From: an uncultured virus (IMG/VR IMGVR_UViG_3300032897_000528)
Lineage: Duplodnaviria; Heunggongvirae; Uroviricota; Caudoviricetes
Direction: 5' to 3' (one strand)
Virus record (IMG/VR): IMGVR_UViG_3300032897_000528
Length of the DNA: 20,000 nt
Shown: one piece after another, positions 1 to 5,994 of the stretch
Numbering within the stretch: the stretch's first letter is position 1
How the letters are laid out: every line of letters begins with the position of its first letter
The notes under the pieces: model-generated
What the model saw: the letters and a program-made list of their open reading frames with translations, nothing else
Databases searched by the model: none
Told to the model about the DNA's origin: nothing
Program-made: the position numbers and the translations under genes

Positions 1-93
1 CACGTGGGGAGCCAGCATGAGCGCCACCTCCTTGGCGAACATAACCACCCTCTCGTCGTAGTCGAAGTCTATGAGCAGCTGCCCCGAAGCCAC
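1..93 (-). CDS. Hypothetical protein, 3'-truncated by the window edge (MASGQLLIDFDYDERVVMFAKEVALMLAPHV...)
   Basis: Hand translation: open frame to position 1, with a GTG at 93 lying 7 nt after GGAGGT and directly after the stop of the Fis-like ORF. An alternative GTG lies at 102. Confidence 0.55.
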   Translation of the reverse strand, partial: MASGQLLIDFDYDERVVMFAKEVALMLAPHV

Positions 94-94
94 G

Positions 95-367
95 TCACTC
101 ACCTCCTCTCGGCGGTCTTCCCACCCGAGCCGGTATGACGCCTAGGTCGATCTGGAGCACCTGCACCCTCCTGTAGAGGTACGTCCGCGGCACCCCGAGA
201 GCCGCCGCGGCGCGAGTGCGCGAGCCCCCGCACGACTGCAGAGCCTGTATGATGAGTATCCGCTCGTGCAGCGCCATGATCTGGGGCAGAGTGCGAGGCG
301 GCTGCCGCTCTCCGCTTCTCTCGACGGAGGCGTCTCGCCGCCCCATCCTTTGGCTTGGCATTGGCAT
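95..367 (-). CDS. Stand-alone Fis/NtrC-type helix-turn-helix (HTH_8-like) DNA-binding protein
   Basis: ERILIIQALQSCGGSRTRAAAALGVPRTYLYRRVQVL matches the Fis/NtrC C-terminal pattern (E..I..AL....GN...AA..LGI.R.TLYR.L). A GGAGGT SD precedes the ATG, and the C-terminus has a GRPPR basic motif. Confidence 0.8.
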   Translation of the reverse strand: MPMPSQRMGRRDASVERSGERQPPRTLPQIMALHERILIIQALQSCGGSRTRAAAALGVPRTYLYRRVQVLQIDLGVIPARVGRPPRGGE

Positions 368-584
368 CTCGACCTCCTTTCAGAGTCTCCAAGTACCCTT
401 GATCCACCGCATGCTCATAGAGCTCCAGCTTCATCTCGTGCATGTATCCCAGCACCGACCCCCTGCGCTTGTACCGATGTTTCTTGGACACCTTCAAGTG
501 CTCGTAGGCGTCCCGAAATGCCATGTTGAGCCGGAACTCGTCATACCCGGGCAGCCCGTGCCGCCTGCCCCAGCTAGACGGCAC
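99..584 (-). CDS. Hypothetical basic protein; the N-terminal ~70 aa look coding and the frame continues over the whole Fis-like gene
   Basis: GTG start overlaps the end of the sigma gene, preceded by GGGAGGGG. It fills the 368-573 gap. The C-terminal half has shadow-frame-like composition. Confidence 0.5.
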   Translation of the reverse strand: MPSSWGRRHGLPGYDEFRLNMAFRDAYEHLKVSKKHRYKRRGSVLGYMHEMKLELYEHAVDQGYLETLKGGRDANAKPKDGAARRLRREKRRAAAASHSAPDHGAARADTHHTGSAVVRGLAHSRRGGSRGAADVPLQEGAGAPDRPRRHTGSGGKTAERR

Positions 585-1218
585 GCGAGCCCCTCCCGCA
601 TGCGGACTCGTCGCTCGTCGAGTGGAGATCTCCGCACTCCTCGCACCTGCAGAGGCTCGCGCGCAGAGCGCCTATGGCCTCGTTCTTGATCTGGCATACG
701 CGACTCTCCGTCAAGCCCAGCCTCCTGCCGATCGACTTGAGGGTGTTGTCTTCTCGGTAGTACCACGTGACGACGTCCCGGAGCCTGCCGGGCAGCCGCC
801 CGACGGCCTCCCACAGGAGGTCGCGGCTCTCGCGGTCGAGCATCTGGGACTCGATGCTGCCTTCACAGGCGATCTCCTCCAGGTCGTCGACCCTCATCTT
901 GCGCACTAAGCACCACGCCGGCACGGCCTCCTCGCCGCCGGCGGCGATGGCCTGCCGGCCGTCCCGCTTGACGTGGTCCATCGTTCGGAGCTCGTCGTAC
1001 ATGGCCCCGCGGACCCTGTGTACGGCGTACGCGCGCCAGAAGTCCATCACCTGGAGCTTCGCGGGGTCGTAGTTCCGCCACGCATCGAAGAGACCTGCCA
1101 TGCCCGCCGCCACGAGGTCGTCGAACATATCCCACTGGCCCGACCGGCGCAGTATCAGCCGAGCTAAGCACTCGACGCTGCGTCGCCGGTTCGACCACAC
1201 CTCTTCGAACGACTTCAT
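574..1218 (-). CDS. RNA polymerase sigma factor, FliA/WhiG (sigma-28)-like, with shortened region 3
   Basis: Region 2: DDLVAAGMAGLFDAWRNYDP...AYAVHRVRGAMYDELRTMDHV (cf. FliA RIRGAMLDELR..DW). Region 4: LPGRLRDVVTWYYREDNTLKSIGRRLGLTESRVCQI (cf. LTLKEIG.VLGVSESRVSQ). Confidence 0.9.
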   Translation of the reverse strand: MKSFEEVWSNRRRSVECLARLILRRSGQWDMFDDLVAAGMAGLFDAWRNYDPAKLQVMDFWRAYAVHRVRGAMYDELRTMDHVKRDGRQAIAAGGEEAVPAWCLVRKMRVDDLEEIACEGSIESQMLDRESRDLLWEAVGRLPGRLRDVVTWYYREDNTLKSIGRRLGLTESRVCQIKNEAIGALRASLCRCEECGDLHSTSDESACGRGSRAV

Positions 1219-1230
1219 GGCCGCTGACCA

Positions 1231-1719
1231 CTATACACCTCCCCCGGCGTCAGCCTGTGACACTCCAGCCACTCGGGCACCGAGCCACAGCCCAAGCCTC
1301 GCCAGCACGCGCTCTACGACCATCACGGTGACCACGCCGACTCCCCTCATCTTGAGGAGGTCTCGCCGCCCGAGCCGCACGAGCTGCCCGACCGTCCGAA
1401 CGGCTGACTGACTGCGGGTCAGCTCGGGATCTGCCAGGAGGACGAACGCATTTTTCTCGACCTCCGTCAAGTCCGGCAGCCCCGCGAGCTCGAGGTCTAA
1501 GAGGCCACCCTCGACGGTGACCGGCGCCGACAACTTCCTCGAGTACTCACCCCACCACCTCTCGCTCGACAGCACCACCACTGCCGTCATCTTCCCGCCC
1601 GACACCTCCACCTTGACGGCGAGCTTCTCGTCAGATGACAGTGAGAGCTCCCGGCGGGCGAACCCAAGCACCTGCTCCCACACGCACGACACTGCCTTGT
1701 CGAAGTCACGAGCGTCCAC
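1231..1719 (-). CDS. Protein with C-terminal RNA polymerase alpha-subunit CTD-like (HhH) domain
   Basis: VRTVGQLVRLGRRDLLKMRGVGVVTVMVVERVLARLGLWLG aligns by eye with alpha-CTD [49 protein letters not shown] SD is present. Confidence 0.7.
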   Translation of the reverse strand: MDARDFDKAVSCVWEQVLGFARRELSLSSDEKLAVKVEVSGGKMTAVVVLSSERWWGEYSRKLSAPVTVEGGLLDLELAGLPDLTEVEKNAFVLLADPELTRSQSAVRTVGQLVRLGRRDLLKMRGVGVVTVMVVERVLARLGLWLGARVAGVSQADAGGGV

Positions 1720-1924
1720 GGTACCTCCTCAGGCGCCTCGAGCACCACAAGACAACTACCCCTACAACACCCGCCAAGATCAGCACCGGCCACAGCGGAG
1801 CCATCAACACCCAGAAGATCTTGCCCCGCTGACTATGGAGATCGACACGATCTCCGTCCCTCAGCTGAGCGTATACCCACCCGAGGGCCCCGCCGAACCA
1901 CGCCATGATCAATACCTTAGTCAT
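1706..1924 (-). CDS. Small membrane protein (two hydrophobic segments, basic C-terminus)
   Basis: VLIMAWFGGALGWVYA and IFWVLMAPLWPVLILAGVVGVVVLW are hydrophobic stretches. GAGGAGG SD upstream; it fills the gap between PolB and the alpha-CTD gene. Confidence 0.65.
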   Translation of the reverse strand: MTKVLIMAWFGGALGWVYAQLRDGDRVDLHSQRGKIFWVLMAPLWPVLILAGVVGVVVLWCSRRLRRYRGRS

Positions 1925-1939
1925 CTCTCGTGCCTCCTC

Positions 1940-4102
1940 TCACACGGCTGCCCTGAGCATGGCCTTGGTCACCGTGTCGAAGTTGCGCTCGATCTCAGCG
2001 TCGAAGTCGAAGCCCTCCGACATCCTGTCGCCCGAGCGCAGCTCGGCGACGGTCCACGGCCTTGTCTCCCCGTCCGGGTAGTGGAAACGCTTGGACAGCA
2101 TCTCAAAAGTCAGCGCCTTGATGACCAAGAGCTCGAACGGGCTCGTCGTGTACTGGCCGCCTACGAGAGTGCGATAGAGCTCCCGCATCCGAGTCATGCG
2201 CTGGACCCCGATGCGGTCGCCCGCGATGATCTTGTCGAGCTTGTCCCAGGCCGCCTGCCCCTGACCGAGGGAGAACCCCTTGGCCTTGGTTAGGCGCTTC
2301 TCCTTCCAGGTCCCGTCCCGCATGAGCTCGAAGCCCTCGCCCCGGTAGATCTTGGGAGCCACGAACTCGGCCCAGTCCATCTTCTTCTCGAGCTTGAGGG
2401 CGCCGAGCGTCTTGTCGTCAGTCGGCAGGGTAGCCTTGGTCGACACCGAGTCCGTGTCGAAGTAGTAGGGGGGCTTGTCCTGCCTGTAGCACTCCTTCGC
2501 GAAGTCGTAGAGCGTTCGGCGGGCGATGGCGGTGATGACGGAGGCCACGATCACGTGCCGGTGGGCAATCTTGGCCTCCTTGTCGGCCAACCAGACGCCC
2601 GGCTGGAGCATCTGCATGGTCGACCGGTCGATCTCGTCGGGATTGACGAGCATCTCCTGCTTGTGGGTCGACTCCGCGGCCTTGCCGTAGAGGGAGTTGA
2701 GCAGGTACTTGAGCACCAGCTTCCGAAAGTCCGTCGTGGAGGCGGCCCGGAGCGCGTAGATCTGCCTGGCGTACGCCGCGAAGTCGTCAAACGGCTCGAA
2801 GACATACACCTCGTGCACCTTGTGCAGGGTGGCCCCCTCGCGCAGCGCGAGCCTTATGTCCGTAGAGGTAAACCAACTCCGCCACCTCCCGGTCGGGAAG
2901 AAGACGCGGTTGTCCTTCCGATAGGGCAGCGGCGGCAGCACCATGTCCGGCACCTCGACGGTCGCGTCGACCAAGTAGATGCAGGAGTCCGAGTCGTCGT
3001 CCGGCAGCGTGGTCCGGTACTCGACGAGGTTGGCCGGCAGGGGATGGGTCATCGCGTACGGGAACGAGGAGTTGATGTCGTAGATCTGGAAGTCGCTCGC
3101 ATTGCGCGCCAGCACCTCGACCCTCGAAGCGAAGTAGCTCTCCTGGCTGATGCTGTTGAGCCTCTCGCTCGTAAAGATGTCCCGCTTGAGGAAGGCCCGC
3201 CGGAACAAGGTCATGGCGGTCGAGGCGATGGTCTGCTGGAGCTGCCCGCCGAGCGCGACTATCTCGGCCTCGAACTCCGCTATGGCCTTCCACAAGATCT
3301 CGCAGTCGAGCTTGTTGTACAAAGTCAAGATGTCGATTGGGGCCTCGGCATAGAAGGTGACCATCTCCGGCCGCGAGAGCGACTCGAAGTCCTTGACCTG
3401 CCGGCCAAACCGCTCGGACATCCAGGCCAGGGCCTTCGGGTCGTCGCCCTTCTTGATGCCGATAGCCTTACCGATGGAGGCGAGCTTGTCGCGCAGGAGC
3501 CAGTAGGAGTCGCAGAAGTGCCAGGCGTTCTTGCCGCTCACCACGTGGACGATGATGGCCGAGCTCCCGGAAAACGAGGCCTTGATCTTCCACATCCTGC
3601 CCCTGCCGTCCATACCCTGCTCCACTGTGGTCTTCTTGCTGCCGTCGGGTGAGTAGATCGCACTCGACCTGGTGGCGAGGAGGCTCTCGGCCCTCACCTG
3701 CTCCTTGATCTGGGTGAGCAGCTCGTCGAGCACGAACTGCATGTCGGCGAGGCCCCCGGCGTGGGCGAAAAACCACCAGCCGCGATACTCCCTGACAAGG
3801 AGTGCCTCTACGAGCTCGCGCACCGCCGGATAGCACCTATAGCTCGCGACCATGGTGGGCTCGTCCATATCCTCCTCGCCCTCCTCGGGCTGCTGGTCGT
3901 AGTACCCGCAGATGCGAGCCCGCAGGGCGGAGGTCATCCGCCGCGAGGGTGGGAGCGGCACGCGGAACCTCTCGCGAGTCCCGACGATCTCGACCTCCGT
4001 GTTGACGAGCTCGGGCAGGCTCTCCCCGGGCACCCACTCGAGGTCGAGGACGCCGAACCTGCGCAGCCTGCGCTCGGTCGTTATGGGGTTGAATACCGGC
4101 AC
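1940..4102 (-). CDS. polB: Family B DNA polymerase with protein-primed-type (DNA_pol_B_2-like) architecture and 3'-5' exonuclease domain
   Basis: ExoI GVLDLEW, ExoII FAHAGGLADMQF, CDSY, ExoIII YNKLDCEIL; motif A YDINSSFPYAM; motif B KYLLNSLYGK; ITAIAR; motif C YFDTDS; APKIY; KAKG. There is a ~100-aa TPR1-like insert between motifs A and B (LPYRKDNRVFFPTGRWRSWFTSTDI) and a TPR2-like insert between B and C. Confidence 0.92.
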   Translation of the reverse strand: MPVFNPITTERRLRRFGVLDLEWVPGESLPELVNTEVEIVGTRERFRVPLPPSRRMTSALRARICGYYDQQPEEGEEDMDEPTMVASYRCYPAVRELVEALLVREYRGWWFFAHAGGLADMQFVLDELLTQIKEQVRAESLLATRSSAIYSPDGSKKTTVEQGMDGRGRMWKIKASFSGSSAIIVHVVSGKNAWHFCDSYWLLRDKLASIGKAIGIKKGDDPKALAWMSERFGRQVKDFESLSRPEMVTFYAEAPIDILTLYNKLDCEILWKAIAEFEAEIVALGGQLQQTIASTAMTLFRRAFLKRDIFTSERLNSISQESYFASRVEVLARNASDFQIYDINSSFPYAMTHPLPANLVEYRTTLPDDDSDSCIYLVDATVEVPDMVLPPLPYRKDNRVFFPTGRWRSWFTSTDIRLALREGATLHKVHEVYVFEPFDDFAAYARQIYALRAASTTDFRKLVLKYLLNSLYGKAAESTHKQEMLVNPDEIDRSTMQMLQPGVWLADKEAKIAHRHVIVASVITAIARRTLYDFAKECYRQDKPPYYFDTDSVSTKATLPTDDKTLGALKLEKKMDWAEFVAPKIYRGEGFELMRDGTWKEKRLTKAKGFSLGQGQAAWDKLDKIIAGDRIGVQRMTRMRELYRTLVGGQYTTSPFELLVIKALTFEMLSKRFHYPDGETRPWTVAELRSGDRMSEGFDFDAEIERNFDTVTKAMLRAAV

Positions 4103-4184
4103 AATTGACCTACTGACAATCCACGCCTATCCAGCAGACGAGTGCTCTCGCTCTTTCGTCCATGCCTATCAGATTAACAACCCA

Positions 4185-4454
4185 TCAAGGTACAACTACG
4201 GACTTGACAGGGCCATATGCTGTCACCAAGTCTTGGCACACACATTGTAAACAGATCGCACCAGTGCCTGCAGTGACGGACTTTCCTTCCGCGTCAGTCC
4301 ATGAAAAACAAACTGGATCACTGCGTATATTACCGGTCTGTTTTGGAAACCTCCAAGTATGACCTCGCTTGCACGTGTGCAATTCCCATTCATACAAGAT
4401 GTTCAACGAAGCACTTGTAGAAATCTCAAAAACTTGTTTTTGTTCAGTTGTCAT
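4185..4454 (-). CDS. Small low-GC hypothetical protein, possibly metal-binding (CxxGH...CxxC)
   Basis: ATG at 4454 after GAGAGGAAAAGG; HTCKRGH and ICLQC motifs; visibly more AT-rich than its flanks. Confidence 0.6.
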   Translation of the reverse strand: MTTEQKQVFEISTSASLNILYEWELHTCKRGHTWRFPKQTGNIRSDPVCFSWTDAEGKSVTAGTGAICLQCVCQDLVTAYGPVKSVVVP

Positions 4455-4464
4455 CCTTTTCCTC

Positions 4465-4899
4465 TCAATCCTGCGGCACGACGATGAGAGCTCCCGTGAT
4501 GTTCCGAGCGCTGGCATTCGTGTTGGTCACACCCACCCGAATCTGATCGCCCCTCTTCACGGGTCGCATCCTCAGCGGGCAGGGATACTGGGGGAGGTAG
4601 TCCTCGACCTTAGCCTCCGGCCTGCACTGACGGAGCACCTCCTCCGTCAGCTCGTCCGTCGACGAGAACAGAGTGGCCGGCACGGGATCGTCAGCGTCGA
4701 GCAGCACGTGGTCCTCCCGGAGGGCGCCGCCCTCGCGAGTCACCGTCGAGATCTGGTAGACCAAGAAGTCTACCGCCACGTGCTCGGGGATGAACAGTCG
4801 CACGGGAACTACGTCTCGCTCAACCATGAAATGAAAGAGCATCGACGAGTTGCCACTCACGGCATGGACGCCCAGTCCCTTGACCAAGTACTTTTCCAT
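4465..4899 (-). CDS. Hypothetical beta-rich protein (possible jelly-roll-like beta-sandwich)
   Basis: Alternating hydrophobic strands (PVRLFIPEHVAVDFLVYQIST, VPATLFS, GDQIRVGVTN, ITGALIVV). The ATG at 4899 directly follows the stop of the upstream gene. Confidence 0.65.
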   Translation of the reverse strand: MEKYLVKGLGVHAVSGNSSMLFHFMVERDVVPVRLFIPEHVAVDFLVYQISTVTREGGALREDHVLLDADDPVPATLFSSTDELTEEVLRQCRPEAKVEDYLPQYPCPLRMRPVKRGDQIRVGVTNTNASARNITGALIVVPQD

Positions 4900-4901
4900 G
4901 C

Positions 4902-5096
4902 CTATCCGGTTGACGCTCCACTGAAGGCTCCGCCGTTCTTCAAAAGCCACTTGTGCAGACGTTTTTGTACGTGATCTCGTTCTGAATCACTCATGAATCC
5001 GTGGACATGCAAAGCACCAGCGCAAGCCAACATACGTTTGAGGCATGTCTCGGACTTCCAGGTTGGAAACTTGGCATAAGGCCGTAATTTCGACAT
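4902..5096 (-). CDS. Small basic hypothetical protein (lower GC)
   Basis: AGGAG SD before the ATG; fits the gap with tight spacing to the downstream gene. Confidence 0.6.
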   Translation of the reverse strand: MSKLRPYAKFPTWKSETCLKRMLACAGALHVHGFMSDSERDHVQKRLHKWLLKNGGAFSGASTG

Positions 5097-5187
5097 TTCA
5101 AACTCCTATCGAGTTAGTGGTGTGCGTGAACCGGATAAGCATGTACTTTTCCGATCCCATTTAAATTGAAAGTCGCTGAGCTGTCAG

Positions 5188-5676
5188 TCAACCTGCTGCT
5201 ATTCGATCAGTTGCCGTTCCCCACGGCACCCCGCCGACCAGCTCGGACATGATCGCCCTCGCCCTGGCCGCGCTCTGAGAGTCGTTCCACACCCTGCACC
5301 GACCGCTCGGGTGCGGCAGCCCGACCAGCCTCTTCCCCCGTACGACGGACCACTCGAATGGTAACGGTCCCTTGAAAACGCTCCTGACCTTAGACCCCAG
5401 CAGCACGAGCACCGAGTGGTGGGACCCCAGGCACTGCTGGGCCTCCTCCAGGGCGACCTCCTCCGACCACCTGCCCCGGCAGAGGTTGACCTTGTCCAGC
5501 AACCGAGCGTACTCGCAGTCTCGGAGTCCCAGTATCCTGCGAAGACGGTCTCCGCTCGACCCCCTGGGCATGTGGTAGAGGGCCAGGCGCGGGTCCGCGC
5601 CGAACGGGTTGAGCTCGCCCACTAATAGTACCCGACTGTGCTGATCGTGGAGATCGTCCAAACTATTGACACCCAT
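5188..5676 (-). CDS. Uracil-DNA glycosylase superfamily protein (compact, atypical)
   Basis: Motif A-like VLLVGELNP, SGDRLRRILGL, VNL, LVLLGSKV, and motif B LPHPSGR..W. Confidence 0.75.
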   Translation of the reverse strand: MGVNSLDDLHDQHSRVLLVGELNPFGADPRLALYHMPRGSSGDRLRRILGLRDCEYARLLDKVNLCRGRWSEEVALEEAQQCLGSHHSVLVLLGSKVRSVFKGPLPFEWSVVRGKRLVGLPHPSGRCRVWNDSQSAARARAIMSELVGGVPWGTATDRIAAG

Positions 5677-5682
5677 TGAACA

Positions 5683-5994
5683 TCACCAACTCAATAAAAC
5701 CACAGCGATCATGGCGCACACTATACCAATTGATCGACGAGCTGTTATTGGCTCTCCAAACCAACCTACCCCTAGTGCAACTAGTGCGACGGTCGAGAGC
5801 AGGATCCAGACTATTCCTGTCAGGTACAGACTTCTACCTATCCTCAGGGCCGGCAGCCAACTCGCGCCACTTAGGGCGTAACAGATCACAGAAACCCACG
5901 CCCAACTGATCCCGTCCCCCAGACTCCATTTCTTGGAGAAAAAATCACCCAGCCCGACTAGAAACCCCGACAGTATTAGCCAAAAATACATCAC
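5683..5994 (-). CDS. SMR/DMT-family four-helix membrane protein
   Basis: 103 aa with four hydrophobic helices; GVGWFGEPITARRSIGIVCAMIAVVLL matches the SMR C-terminal G..FGE.....GI.L...G pattern; low GC. Confidence 0.8.
   Translation of the reverse strand: MMYFWLILSGFLVGLGDFFSKKWSLGDGISWAWVSVICYALSGASWLPALRIGRSLYLTGIVWILLSTVALVALGVGWFGEPITARRSIGIVCAMIAVVLLSW

Noticed and set aside
574..1719. Chromosomal fliA and rpoA genes
   Set aside because: There are no flagellar or ribosomal-protein neighbours and no alpha N-terminal domain; the context is viral, so gene symbols were withheld.
2555..3652. 365-aa plus-strand ORF and other long ORFs opposite polB, the ATPase and the helicase
   Set aside because: They are typical high-GC antisense shadows with no motifs and fully overlap well-supported genes.
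1940..4102. Primer-independent PolB (pipolin) or casposon
   Set aside because: Motif C is DTDS rather than the TTDG-type motif of piPolB, and no integrase, Cas1 or att/TIR is visible in the window.
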